A stretch of DNA of 64,000 nt, taken from Candidatus Saccharimonadia bacterium (GTDB lineage: Bacteria > Patescibacteriota > Saccharimonadia > UBA4664). Location: NCBI GenBank assembly GCA_035544015.1, contig DATKIP010000093.1, positions 1,156-65,155 on the forward strand. Reading direction: 5' to 3'. Positions 17,651-27,431 of the stretch are shown here, in pieces. The notes below the pieces were generated by a model. It was given only the letters and a program-made list of their open reading frames with translations. It had not been told where the DNA came from and made no database searches. The stretch's first letter is position 1. Each line of letters begins with the position of its first letter. The position numbers and the translations under genes were made by a program.

Positions 17651-18439
17651 ATGATGAAAAAGAAACTACAAGAATTTTTAGACAAAGCCTTCGCACCGTA
17701 CGGTGAATTTCCGGCCCGAGCCGATGTGACGCACGAACTGCTCGCCAATCTCCAGGAGAAGTTTGATAACCTAAAAAGCCAAGGCAAGAGCGACGACGAA
17801 GCCTATCAGGCTACGGTTGACTCATTTGGCGATGTTGCCGAAATCATGGAGCATGTCCCGCACGACGAGGTAAAGCACCAGGCCGAGTCCAGCGTACATC
17901 GGGAATTCAAACACTCAGTATTGGTGCAGGCCGACCTCAGCAGCACCGAGTTGCCGGGAGCAGATTTTAGCGGCAGCGCCATCACAGAGGCCTCATTTGA
18001 TGGATCGAACCTGGCGGAAGCCAAGTTTAAAGGCACTGCCCTCAAAGGTGCATCCTTCGCCGGCGCCAACCTCACGCATGCCATGTTTAATGGCAGCGAT
18101 CTGCACAATGTGCGCTTTGACGGCGCCAACCTCGCGGGCACGCTACTCAAAGGCTCTGCCTTGCAGGGCGCGACCTTCGTAGGCGCCAATCTCACCAATA
18201 CCGATTTTACCCAGTCCGATGTCACCGGCGTCTCCTTCGATGGCCAGACCCTCGAAGGCGTGAGCTTCAATAGCGCCTCGCTCAAGAAAACCTCGTTCAA
18301 GAACGCCGTATTGCGCAATGTGTCATTCCATCACACGGCCGTGAAGCACGCCATTTTCGATGGAGCAACCATGGACAAAATTTCGTACGCTATCTTGAAA
18401 GGCGCCAAAGCCACATTAAATAACATCACGGTAATATAA
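17651..18439 (+). CDS. pentapeptide-repeat protein with N-terminal PadR-associated helical domain
   Basis: About 30 consecutive A(D/N)L/F-x-x pentapeptides (ADLSSTELPGADFSGSAITEASFDGSNLAEAKF...). Confidence 0.7.
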   Translation: MMKKKLQEFLDKAFAPYGEFPARADVTHELLANLQEKFDNLKSQGKSDDEAYQATVDSFGDVAEIMEHVPHDEVKHQAESSVHREFKHSVLVQADLSSTELPGADFSGSAITEASFDGSNLAEAKFKGTALKGASFAGANLTHAMFNGSDLHNVRFDGANLAGTLLKGSALQGATFVGANLTNTDFTQSDVTGVSFDGQTLEGVSFNSASLKKTSFKNAVLRNVSFHHTAVKHAIFDGATMDKISYAILKGAKATLNNITVI

Positions 18440-18447
18440 GGATAAGT

Positions 18448-19395
18448 ATGGAAAAACGCCCCACAGCCATAACAGTCAATAACCTGCAAAAATCATATAA
18501 AAAAGTCATCGTACTGAGCGACGTTTCGTTCGTCGTCGAAAAGGGAACCATCTTTGCCCTGCTTGGCTCGAACGGCGCCGGCAAAACCACCACCATCAAT
18601 ATTCTCACGACCCTGCTGAATGCCGACGGCGGTACCGCCACAGTCAGCGGCCTTGATGTAGCCACCCAAGCCGATGAAGTCCGCAATCACATCAGCCTCA
18701 CTGGGCAATTTGCGGCCGTCGACGAAGTGCTCACCGCCAGAGAAAATTTAGTTCTCATCGGTGAACTCCGCCATGTCGACGATCCGGCTCAAACCGCCGC
18801 AGATTTGCTGAAGCAATTTGACCTCGTCGACGCGGCCGATCGCCGCAGCGCCACCTTCTCGGGCGGCATGCGCCGGCGGCTCGACATCGCCATGAGCCTC
18901 ATCGGCGACCCGTCGGTCATCTTCCTAGACGAGCCCACCACCGGACTCGACCCCCAGAGCCGCAACATGATGTGGGAGACCATAAAAACCCTAGCCAAGG
19001 GAGGCACCACCGTGTTCCTGACGACCCAATACCTTGAGGAGGCCGACCAGCTGGCGGACAAAATCGCCATTTTGAGCCAAGGCAAAATTGTCGCCGAAGG
19101 CACAGCTCAGGAGCTGAAAAAACTCCTGCCGCACGGCCACATCGAGCTCAGGTTTTCGAACCAGAAGCAGCACGACGCCGCCGCCAAGCTACTTGAGAGC
19201 TACGACCCAGCGCGAAACGACGATGCCCGCTCGCTTACGATTGCCACCGATGGCAGTGTGGCGCAGATCGCCCACCTCTTCAACCAGATTCAGGCCGCGC
19301 ACATCGACGTTGCCGAATTTTCCCAAAAGCTACCCACGCTCGATGACGCCTTTTTGAAAATCATTAATGAAAACGAAAACGAGGAGAAGAACTAA
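18448..19395 (+). CDS. ABC transporter ATP-binding protein, DrrA-like (ABC-2 exporter)
   Basis: Walker A GSNGAGKTTT, signature FSGGMRRRL, Walker B IFLDEPTTGLD. Confidence 0.85.
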   Translation: MEKRPTAITVNNLQKSYKKVIVLSDVSFVVEKGTIFALLGSNGAGKTTTINILTTLLNADGGTATVSGLDVATQADEVRNHISLTGQFAAVDEVLTARENLVLIGELRHVDDPAQTAADLLKQFDLVDAADRRSATFSGGMRRRLDIAMSLIGDPSVIFLDEPTTGLDPQSRNMMWETIKTLAKGGTTVFLTTQYLEEADQLADKIAILSQGKIVAEGTAQELKKLLPHGHIELRFSNQKQHDAAAKLLESYDPARNDDARSLTIATDGSVAQIAHLFNQIQAAHIDVAEFSQKLPTLDDAFLKIINENENEEKN

Positions 19396-20150
19396 TGCAC
19401 GCCCTGCACGATACCCTGGTGATGGCTAAGCGCAGTCTGCGCCACACCATCCGCAGTCTTGATACCATCATCACTGTGGCCGCCACCCCGATCGTTTTGA
19501 TGCTGCTGTTTGTGTATGTGCTTGGCGGCTCGTTTGACACCGGTTCGGTTAAGTACATCAACTTTGTGACGCCAGGTATCATCATCCTGTGCGTCGTGAG
19601 TGGCATCGCCTATGCGGCGCTGCGGCTCAACAACGACATGACCAAAGGCATGATTAACCGCTTCCGGTGTATGCCGATCGCCCCGTCGTCCATCTTGGGC
19701 GGCCACGCCGTTTCATCTGTGCTGTCCAACCTCTTTTCGGTCGCGTTGGTGATGATTGTGGCGCTGCTCATTGGCTTCCGGTCCGGTGCCGGCCTCGCGC
19801 AGTGGCTGACATTTGGCGGCATCCTGCTACTCTTTACTGCCGCCACCACCTGGCTCGCGATTGTATTTGGCCTCCTTGCAAAAAGTGCTGAGGGCGCCGG
19901 AGCGTTTAGCTACATTCTGTTCACGATGATTTTCATCAGCTCGGCCTTCACCCCTACGGCCACCATGAACCCGGTAGTGCGCGCCTTTGCCGAGAACCAG
20001 CCCATGACACCCATCATCGAGACCATGCGCTCGCTCTTGGTGAATGGTACCGCCGGAAGCAGCGCCTGGATCGCCGTGGCGTGGTGCGCCGGCCTGCTGG
20101 TCGTTTCGTACTTCCTAGCGCTGCGCATCTACAAAACAAAGACCGTCTGA
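19395..20150 (+). CDS. ABC-2 type transporter permease, DrrB-like
   Basis: 251 aa with 6 TM. Start overlaps the ATPase stop (TAATG). Confidence 0.8.
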   Translation: MHALHDTLVMAKRSLRHTIRSLDTIITVAATPIVLMLLFVYVLGGSFDTGSVKYINFVTPGIIILCVVSGIAYAALRLNNDMTKGMINRFRCMPIAPSSILGGHAVSSVLSNLFSVALVMIVALLIGFRSGAGLAQWLTFGGILLLFTAATTWLAIVFGLLAKSAEGAGAFSYILFTMIFISSAFTPTATMNPVVRAFAENQPMTPIIETMRSLLVNGTAGSSAWIAVAWCAGLLVVSYFLALRIYKTKTV

Positions 20151-20267
20151 AAATTTTCACCGGGTTGACATCTCCAAACTCCTAATGGTAAAACCAAACT
20201 AGATAGTTGTGAGGTGGAGCCTAGTTTGAGTACTGCAGGTACCATGGTAGGTCTCAACGCTATCGAA

Positions 20268-20298
20268 CAAAAACGGGCCCAAAAAGGCCCGTTTTTTG
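20268..20298 (+). terminator. Rho-independent terminator after the ABC operon
   Basis: AAAACGGGCC-CAAAAA-GGCCCGTTTTTTG. Confidence 0.55.
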
Positions 20299-20355
20299 TA
20301 TCAAATTAGCGCTTCCCAGCGCCATCTCCAAGCCGCTTGTGCTAAACTTCATCCT

Positions 20356-22284
20356 ATGAGCACGCGTGTTAGCTGGGGGCATCTTGCTCCTGCTGGAAAG
20401 CCGCATCCCACCACCAAATGGAGCCTGCTCATGGTGCTGTTGGTGGTGGTTGTGCTTGGTGTACCCGCACGCGTGGCGGCGGCGCTACCCTCGGTGCAAA
20501 GCCCCACGGGCCCCCAGAGTGGGGGAGTGTTTATCGGCGCCTACACCTTTGGTACCTATATTTCGTGTTCCGGCGGCTTTAGTTTTTCCAGTTCCTACTC
20601 CAACTCACTCGACGGCACGCACAGCTTCGGCTTCTGGGGAGCGGCCGACGGCTCGCTGCTCGTGAGCATCGACGGCGGGGGACTGCAGCTCGTAACCTCG
20701 TGCGGCGATCCGCTCACGGGGCCCAACACCAATGTGGCCAACTACACCGTGAGCAAAAACACCGCCCCGCCACCCACCCCAACGCCGACCCCTACGCCCA
20801 CCCCGACCCCCGGCGCCACCCCCACGCCGACGCCGCCGGCCGGCGGCGGACCTGGCGGCGGCTCCAGCGCCGGGGGAGCGAGCAGCCCGGCCGCCACGCC
20901 CCACGGCGCCGGGGCTTCGGCTGCCGGTGCCGCGGCGTCGCCGGTAGCGGCCAGCGCGTCCGGAGCCGCCGCCTCGCCCGCCGCCGGCCCGGCCGCCGCA
21001 TCCGGCGCCAGCCCCGCCCCGAGGGCCGCCGGCCCGCCCGCCATCGTACCGGCGGCCCTGCGCGCCGGCATTCCGCAGCCCGATGCGCGTGTGCTGGCCT
21101 ATGCCAACCTGGGCTTCGGCGGGCTGTTGCTCCTGGGCCTTGGCGCGCTGTTGTTGCGCTCGCGGCGGGCCCGCGAGGCCGTCGAAGCCGTCTGGCGTCG
21201 CAGCGCGGTCCGGCTGGAGCCGTACGTCTTCCGGCTGCATCACCTCACCCGCGGACGGCTGCGAGCGGCCGCGCGCGACGAACCCAAGCCGCCGGGCTTG
21301 AGCGGCCATCATCACAGCGGCAAACTCATAGCCCATCACCACACCTCGTACCCGGCGCTGGCCTTTCTGTTGCTGGCGTGTGGCGTACTCACCGCTGCCG
21401 CCTCGGTGTCGACGCAAGCCGCCGATTCGCAGCTCTCGCTGACCGTGTTGGGCCCGCCGCCCTCCACGCCCGCCACCATCGACCAGCCCGTCGACGGCGA
21501 GCACGTCAGCATCAACACCCAAACCACGCGGGGGAGTTGCCCCGCCGGACTCCTGGTCGAAATCTACCGCAACACTACGTTTGCCGGTAGTACCTCGTGT
21601 GATACTGGCGGCCTCTACAATCTCGTCGTCACGCTCGTCCCCGGCGCCAACGACCTCGTGGCTCGCGATGTCGACGCGCTCAGCCAGTACGGCCCCGATT
21701 CCGCGCTCGTGACGGTCTACTACGACGCCCCCGCCCCCACGCCTAGTCCTACGCCCACGCCGACCCCTACGACCCCGGGCGCCGCTCCGGCGGGCTCCGA
21801 AACCCCCACCCCCAAGCCCACCGCCACCCCCAAGCCCGCCCCGGCGCCCTCTCCCGCGCCGCTGCTGCTCGAGAGCGATACACACTTCTTCCAGGCTGCC
21901 GGCCCCGAGGTGGCAATGAATTGGCAACTCAAGCTAAGCGGCGGGGTAGCGCCCTACCGCCTCACCTGGAGTTGGGGCGACGGCTCCCAAGAAACCACCA
22001 CAACCGCGGCCGCCGGCCTCGTTACGGGCACGCATCGATATGCGCAGGCCGGTACATACCACCCCACGGTACGCGTCGACGATGCCGCCGGCACCGAAGC
22101 CGTCATCACCATGCTGGCCCAGATCAACGGTACCGTTCCGTCCGGCATTCTCCGCCCATTTGAAGCCCCCGGCAACTTGGTGCTGGTGTGGCCCGGCCTG
22201 GCCGTCACGAGCATCCTCGTGATCAGTTTTTGGCTCGGCGAGCGACACCGGCTATCGGTCAGTCGTGCCTCTCTAGCGCCATAA
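20356..22284 (+). CDS. Pro/Thr/Ala/Gly-rich membrane-anchored surface protein with PKD domain
   Basis: N-terminal signal anchor, PTPTPTPTPTPTP linkers, and the PKD-like signature WSWGDGSQ...GTHRYAQAGTYHPTVRVDDAAG, with a C-terminal TM. The start is moved to ATG 20356 because 20296 sits inside the terminator. Confidence 0.55.
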   Translation: MSTRVSWGHLAPAGKPHPTTKWSLLMVLLVVVVLGVPARVAAALPSVQSPTGPQSGGVFIGAYTFGTYISCSGGFSFSSSYSNSLDGTHSFGFWGAADGSLLVSIDGGGLQLVTSCGDPLTGPNTNVANYTVSKNTAPPPTPTPTPTPTPTPGATPTPTPPAGGGPGGGSSAGGASSPAATPHGAGASAAGAAASPVAASASGAAASPAAGPAAASGASPAPRAAGPPAIVPAALRAGIPQPDARVLAYANLGFGGLLLLGLGALLLRSRRAREAVEAVWRRSAVRLEPYVFRLHHLTRGRLRAAARDEPKPPGLSGHHHSGKLIAHHHTSYPALAFLLLACGVLTAAASVSTQAADSQLSLTVLGPPPSTPATIDQPVDGEHVSINTQTTRGSCPAGLLVEIYRNTTFAGSTSCDTGGLYNLVVTLVPGANDLVARDVDALSQYGPDSALVTVYYDAPAPTPSPTPTPTPTTPGAAPAGSETPTPKPTATPKPAPAPSPAPLLLESDTHFFQAAGPEVAMNWQLKLSGGVAPYRLTWSWGDGSQETTTTAAAGLVTGTHRYAQAGTYHPTVRVDDAAGTEAVITMLAQINGTVPSGILRPFEAPGNLVLVWPGLAVTSILVISFWLGERHRLSVSRASLAP

Positions 22285-22341
22285 ATTTGACAAGCCCTCG
22301 CGTAATGGTTACGCTTAATCCAAAATAAAACCAAAACGACC

Positions 22342-23454
22342 GTGACAAAATCAAAACGCACCCGCCGCCATCATCAACGAGTTTTTCGCCGCCGCCTTCT
22401 CATCGTCGGTGCTTTTATCGTTGGGCTACTGTTGCTGCCTAATCTCGGGGCCCGCGCCGCCACCCTCACGAGTGCTTCGGTAGGTATCTCTGACCCCCGG
22501 CCCAGCGCCATCAGCGCTAGTTACACCTTTACGGCTTCGAGCGTCACCACCGGCGCGCCGGGCACCATTAAATGCATCAAAATGCTCTACTCCGACACCG
22601 CCGCCGGCAGCACCGTCCCTGCGGGCATGTCCACCAATGGCGGGGGCGTCACATTTGACACCGCCGGCTCCAATTACGTCCCCACCCCAGCGTCGTGGAC
22701 CCTAAACAAGCCCGCCAACGGCACCCTCACGCTCACCAACGCCACCGGTGAAACCCCCGCTTCGGCCGCTGCGCGTAAAATCATCATCAACGGCATCACC
22801 AACTCATCCGCCGCCGATACCAAATTCTGGCTCAAATTCAACACCTACAACAACACCGACTGCGCCTCAAGCCCCGTCGACAACACCACCGTTTTGTTCA
22901 TTCTCACCAACGCCTCCACCCTGTCGCTCACCGTTGACGACACGCTCAGCTTCACGGTCAACGCCGTCGGCGCCGCGGCGGCCTGCGACGGCGCCACTAC
23001 CACGGCGGCCTCCACCGCCACCACCATTCCCTTTGGCACCGTCACCGCCGCCAGCAACGGCGTGGTCTGCCAAGACCTCCAGGCTGCCACCAACGCCACC
23101 GGCGGCTACACCATTTACGCCCGCTATACCGCCCAGCCCACCAACTCGTTGGCCCAGACCATCGCCAGCCACACCGGCACCAACCCCGCCCCGACCGCCT
23201 TTAGCGCCGCCGGCACCGAGGCCTACGGCTACACCACGGGCGACGCCACGCTGGGCACCGGTACCGCCAATCGCTTCACGAGCCCCACCCAAGAATGGGC
23301 CGGCCTCACCACCACCAACGCCGAGCTCGCCTACGAGCCCGCCGGCGTCACCGCCAGCACCTACCGCATCGGCCACCAAGTCGGCGTCTCTAGCACCACC
23401 CGCCCCGGCACCTACACCACCACCGTCATCTACACCTGTACGCCGACGTATTAG
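22342..23454 (+). CDS. secreted WxL-like surface protein, paralog 1 of 3
   Basis: Signal peptide, Thr/Ala/Ser-rich. WTL motif (PASWTLNKP). C-terminal GTYTTTVIYTCTPTY resembles the WxL-domain terminal motif tYtGtLtWtL with W replaced by Y. Confidence 0.6.
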   Translation: MTKSKRTRRHHQRVFRRRLLIVGAFIVGLLLLPNLGARAATLTSASVGISDPRPSAISASYTFTASSVTTGAPGTIKCIKMLYSDTAAGSTVPAGMSTNGGGVTFDTAGSNYVPTPASWTLNKPANGTLTLTNATGETPASAAARKIIINGITNSSAADTKFWLKFNTYNNTDCASSPVDNTTVLFILTNASTLSLTVDDTLSFTVNAVGAAAACDGATTTAASTATTIPFGTVTAASNGVVCQDLQAATNATGGYTIYARYTAQPTNSLAQTIASHTGTNPAPTAFSAAGTEAYGYTTGDATLGTGTANRFTSPTQEWAGLTTTNAELAYEPAGVTASTYRIGHQVGVSSTTRPGTYTTTVIYTCTPTY

Positions 23455-23455
23455 C

Positions 23456-23968
23456 ATGGCGCTGACTCCCACGCCAAGAACCCCCAAGTTTGAACTAGAG
23501 AGCTACATAACAGATGATTCATCACAGTACATGGAAACCTACTGCGTTAAGCCTGAAAACCTTAACGAAACCGAACTCACTTGGTACTGCTTCTTAGGCG
23601 ACATCCGCCTCAAAGACAACTTAGTTGATCTCTCCACGCGCCGGGAAGGGCTGCCGCTCTTGAACTTTGCCTTAGCCATGACTGAAATTGCAGAAGACCT
23701 TCGAAGTCATGCCAAAGCTACATATAACTTTACCGAGAACGCTGAGGAGATTAATTTTAGTAAAAACGGAAGCATGATCCAGATAACAGCAACTTACACG
23801 CATGGAACGGTTGAAGTTCCTCACCCGGAGTTCAGCAAGGCAGCAGATAAGTGTCTCTTAGATACTTACTCAGGCCTGACCGCGCGGTACCCAGGCCTAA
23901 AAAAGAACAATTTACTATCGCATATGTACAACCTAAAGCGCCTGAGCATCGAAGAGGAGAATTCGTAA
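23456..23968 (+). CDS. hypothetical protein encoded by an AT-rich insert between WxL-like paralogs
   Basis: 170 aa from the ATG overlapping the paralog-1 stop. Its composition is markedly lower in GC than its neighbours. No domain recognised. Confidence 0.4.
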   Translation: MALTPTPRTPKFELESYITDDSSQYMETYCVKPENLNETELTWYCFLGDIRLKDNLVDLSTRREGLPLLNFALAMTEIAEDLRSHAKATYNFTENAEEINFSKNGSMIQITATYTHGTVEVPHPEFSKAADKCLLDTYSGLTARYPGLKKNNLLSHMYNLKRLSIEEENS

Positions 23969-24054
23969 GGCGAGAACGCTGGCAACCACTTTTCCCCTTG
24001 TACAAAGCATAACCACTATGAGACACTACCACCAACTCTGAAGGGAGTGTGTGA

Positions 24055-25191
24055 GTGAATCGTTTTCAACGAGCGGCTGCGGCGCTGGGTTTGCGCCTGC
24101 CGAAGCCGCCAAACCAGCCATTGCGCTATGTCGTAACTCTGGCCTTGTTGGCCTCGGTGCTCCAATCGGGCACCGCCATCGCGGCCGGCAGCCTCAGCAG
24201 CGCTTCGGTGGCGCTGAGCGACCCGCGGCCGAGCGCCACGAGCAGCTACACCTTCACCGGCTCATCGGTCGACGGCGCCACGGCCGTGAAATGCGTGAAG
24301 GCCGTGTGGGCCACGACCGCGGCAGGCGACACTGCGCCCACAGGCTTTAGCGGCACCGCCGGCACGGTCGCCGCCGCATCGTCCACGCTCATCAACTCGT
24401 CCGCCACCGGCTGGAGCCTGGCCCGCAGCGACGGCACCAGCTCCAGCGGCCAAAACAATGTCTTCCAATACACCAATGCCACCGGCGTCACGCCATCGAC
24501 CACTACCGGCGCCACCTTCGTGCTAGCCGGCCTCGTTAATAGCTCGCTTGGCGACACCACCTACTACCTCCAGCTGCGCACCTTTGCTAATGCCGACTGC
24601 GCTTCAAGCCCGATCGACAACGCCACCATCCCGTTCATCAACACCGCCGGCTCCACCGTGTCTCTATCAGTCGACCAATCGCTCACGTTCACCGTCGACG
24701 CCGTTACCGCCAGCACGTCGTGCGACGGCACCACCACCACGCAGGGCTCCACTGCCACCACCATTCCGTTCGGTACCATCACTTCCTCGAGCAACGGCGT
24801 GGTCTGCCAAGACCTCCAGGCCGCCACCAACGCCGCCGGTGGTTACACCATTTACGCCCGCTACACCGCCGCCCCCACCAACGCGCTCGCCCAAACCATC
24901 GCCGACCACGCCGCCACCAACGCCAGCCCCACCACCTTTAGCGTCCCCGGCACCGAGGCCTACGGCTACACCTCGAGCGACAGCAGCCTCGGCACCGGTA
25001 CCGCCGCCCGCTTCACCACTGGCGGCCAAAAGTGGGCGGCCATGACCACCACCAACGCCGAGCTCGCTTACGAGTCCGTCGGCGTCGCCACTACTACGTA
25101 TCATATCGGCCATCAGGTGGGTATCTCGGGCACCACCTTTCCGGGCACCTACACCACCACCATTATTTACACCTGCGTGCCGGTTTACTAG
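24055..25191 (+). CDS. secreted WxL-like surface protein, paralog 2
   Basis: GTG start after AAGGGAG. WSL motif. C-terminus TYTTTIIYTCVPVY. Confidence 0.6.
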   Translation: MNRFQRAAAALGLRLPKPPNQPLRYVVTLALLASVLQSGTAIAAGSLSSASVALSDPRPSATSSYTFTGSSVDGATAVKCVKAVWATTAAGDTAPTGFSGTAGTVAAASSTLINSSATGWSLARSDGTSSSGQNNVFQYTNATGVTPSTTTGATFVLAGLVNSSLGDTTYYLQLRTFANADCASSPIDNATIPFINTAGSTVSLSVDQSLTFTVDAVTASTSCDGTTTTQGSTATTIPFGTITSSSNGVVCQDLQAATNAAGGYTIYARYTAAPTNALAQTIADHAATNASPTTFSVPGTEAYGYTSSDSSLGTGTAARFTTGGQKWAAMTTTNAELAYESVGVATTTYHIGHQVGISGTTFPGTYTTTIIYTCVPVY

Positions 25192-25289
25192 CAGAATCGC
25201 TTGGCAAACATAAGAAGTTTGACACCCGTTGTGCAAACTGCTACGCTCGACATTAAGAACTCATTAAAAAGCTGTGGAGAAAAACAAGA

Positions 25290-26414
25290 GTGAAAAGCCG
25301 CATCATCCGAGCGGCGGCCGCGTTGGGAGTACGCGGACCGCGAAATATCAAAGCTAAGCTGTCAAAATTTGCAGCTGTCCTGATTGCCCTCATGGGGCTG
25401 AGCCTCAACGCTGGCGTCGCCAACGCCGCGACGCTGTCGAGCGCCAAAGTCGCCTTGAGCGATCCACGCCCCAGCACCACCGCGGTCAACTACACGTTTA
25501 CCGGTTCCACAGTCACCACCTCGCTCATTAAATGCATCAAGCTGGTATTTGCCACCACCGCGACCGGTTCCACTGTGCCTACCAACTTCGATTCCAGCGT
25601 TGGCGCCGTGGCTCTCAACAATGCCGGTACCAACTACGTACCAACTCCAGCTTCGTGGAGCTTGAGCAAAGTCACCAATGGTACGCTCCTGCTCACCAAC
25701 GCCACCGGTGAAACCCCCGCCTCGGCCAGCGCTCGCACCATTTCGTACGACGGCATCACCAACTCGTCCGTCGCCGACACCGCCTACTATCTGCGGGTGA
25801 GCACCTTCAACAACATCGACTGCGCCACCAGCCCGGTGGATAACGGCTCAGTTCAGTTCATCAACACCAACGGTTCCACGCTCTCGCTCACCGTCGACAA
25901 CACCCTGAGCTTCACCGTCAACGCCGTAGCCGGCAGCCAGGGCTGCGACGGCACCACTACGACGCAGGCCTCCACCGCCACCACCATTCCCTTCGGCACC
26001 ATCACCTCCGGCGCCAACGGCATCGTCTGCCAAGACCTCACCGCCGCCACCAACGCCACCAATGGGTATACCATTTACGGCCGCTACACCGCCAAGCCCA
26101 CTAATGCCCTGAGCCAGACCATCGCCGACTTCACCGGCTCCAACACCACCCCGACCACCTTTAGCGCCGCCGGCACCGAGGCCTACGGCTACACCACCAA
26201 CGACTCCACGCTGGGCACCGGCTCGGCCAACCGCTTCACCAACGGCGGCCAAAAGTGGGCCGCCATGACAAGCACCAACGCTGAGCTCGCCTACGAAGCC
26301 GCCGGCATCACGAGCACCACCTACCGCATCGGGCACCAGGCGGGCGTGAGTCTCACGACCTTCCCAGGAACCTACACCACCACCGTCATCTACACTTGCA
26401 CTCCGATCTATTAG
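25290..26414 (+). CDS. secreted WxL-like surface protein, paralog 3
   Basis: WSL motif. C-terminus TYTTTVIYTCTPIY. Long blocks identical to paralogs 1 and 2 (for example SSNGVVCQDLQAATNA, AGTEAYGYT). Confidence 0.6.
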   Translation: MKSRIIRAAAALGVRGPRNIKAKLSKFAAVLIALMGLSLNAGVANAATLSSAKVALSDPRPSTTAVNYTFTGSTVTTSLIKCIKLVFATTATGSTVPTNFDSSVGAVALNNAGTNYVPTPASWSLSKVTNGTLLLTNATGETPASASARTISYDGITNSSVADTAYYLRVSTFNNIDCATSPVDNGSVQFINTNGSTLSLTVDNTLSFTVNAVAGSQGCDGTTTTQASTATTIPFGTITSGANGIVCQDLTAATNATNGYTIYGRYTAKPTNALSQTIADFTGSNTTPTTFSAAGTEAYGYTTNDSTLGTGSANRFTNGGQKWAAMTSTNAELAYEAAGITSTTYRIGHQAGVSLTTFPGTYTTTVIYTCTPIY

Positions 26415-26432
26415 ATCGTAAGCTAAGGCTCT

Positions 26433-27389
26433 ATGAAGGCTGTTTCCTTACTCCGCCGAACCCTCCTTACTCTCACCGCCGGCGCCGCAGGAGCAGCCTT
26501 CGCCGTGTCGGCACCGGCCCATGCCGCCACGTCGCAGAGCTACCAAATCTCACCGCCCACTGCCAATTACACCGGCAACAAGGGCGGCATCCAGAGCGGC
26601 ACCATCAAAGTCACCAACCTCACCGGCGCGCCGCTCTCGGTGCGCACTGGCAAAGAAAATTTTGTCGCTAAAGGCGAAGAGGGCGAGATCGAACTCGTTG
26701 ACGCCGCCGACCCGCTCTACTCGCTAGCGCCGTGGTTTTCGCTCAACGCCGCGCAGCTCGATATCCCCGCGCTGGGCACCAAAGAGCTCCATTACACTAT
26801 CGCCATCCCCACCGATGCCGAGCCGGGTGGCCGCTACGGCTCTATCGTGTTTAGCACCATTCCGCCCAAGCTCGCCAGCGGCGAATCCGGCGCCGCGGTG
26901 CAGCAGACGATCGCCGGCATCGTGTTTATGCGCATCGACGGCCAGGCCAACGAACAGCTCGAGGTAGCCTCATTTGGCGCCGAAAAGAGCTTTTACGACT
27001 ACGGGCCGGTCAAATTCCTCACTCGCATAAAAAATACCGGTACGGTTCATGAAAAAGCCACTGGCACCATCACCATCAAAAATATGCTTGGATTCAAAGT
27101 CGCCACCATTCCCCTCGACGAACACTTTGTGATCCCGGGTGCCATCCGCCGGCTGCACAATGACTGGCCTACCGGAGGTCAACACCCATTCCTGTTTGGC
27201 CGCTATACCGCCACGCTCGACGCCAAATACGGCAACGGCCAGACGCTTACCGCCTCCGCCAGCTTCACGGTGGTTCCATGGAAGCTTGTCGCTCTCATCG
27301 TGGTCGGATTGCTCGCAGTCATCGTGATCTTCTGGCGCGGCCGCCCGCGCTTCGCCCGCGCCTTCCGTATCCTAGCCGGCCGCGAATAG
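26433..27389 (+). CDS. DUF916-like cell-surface protein (signal peptide, C-terminal TM anchor with basic tail), predicted partner of WxL-like proteins
   Basis: 318 aa. Motifs SYQISPPTANYTG and GGRYGSIVFSTIPP are shared with the genes at 33257 and 51784. C-terminus WKLVALIVVGLLAVIVIFWRGRPR. TAAGG SD. Confidence 0.55.
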   Translation: MKAVSLLRRTLLTLTAGAAGAAFAVSAPAHAATSQSYQISPPTANYTGNKGGIQSGTIKVTNLTGAPLSVRTGKENFVAKGEEGEIELVDAADPLYSLAPWFSLNAAQLDIPALGTKELHYTIAIPTDAEPGGRYGSIVFSTIPPKLASGESGAAVQQTIAGIVFMRIDGQANEQLEVASFGAEKSFYDYGPVKFLTRIKNTGTVHEKATGTITIKNMLGFKVATIPLDEHFVIPGAIRRLHNDWPTGGQHPFLFGRYTATLDAKYGNGQTLTASASFTVVPWKLVALIVVGLLAVIVIFWRGRPRFARAFRILAGRE

Positions 27390-27431
27390 CACCGCCCTTG
27401 GCGCTTATATACTTAACGCACCAAGGGCGAT

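Noticed and set aside
20740-21900. CRISPR-like appearance of the short PTPTPT / GCCGGC periodicities
   Set aside because: Repeats are codon-periodic, in-frame low-complexity coding sequence without unique spacers. No CRISPR array is present in the window.
20605-21927. 440-aa minus-strand ORF, plus several others (20700..21590 +, 20742..21071 -), inside the PT-rich surface protein gene
   Set aside because: Arg/Gly-rich translation typical of antisense or off-frame reading of GC-rich low-complexity coding sequence. The sense gene has a coherent signal peptide, PKD domain and C-terminal TM.
22748-23968. 406-aa Pro-rich plus-strand ORF
   Set aside because: Alternative frame through WxL-like paralog 1. 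Only its 3' part (23456..23968, in the AT-rich insert) is retained as a candidate gene.
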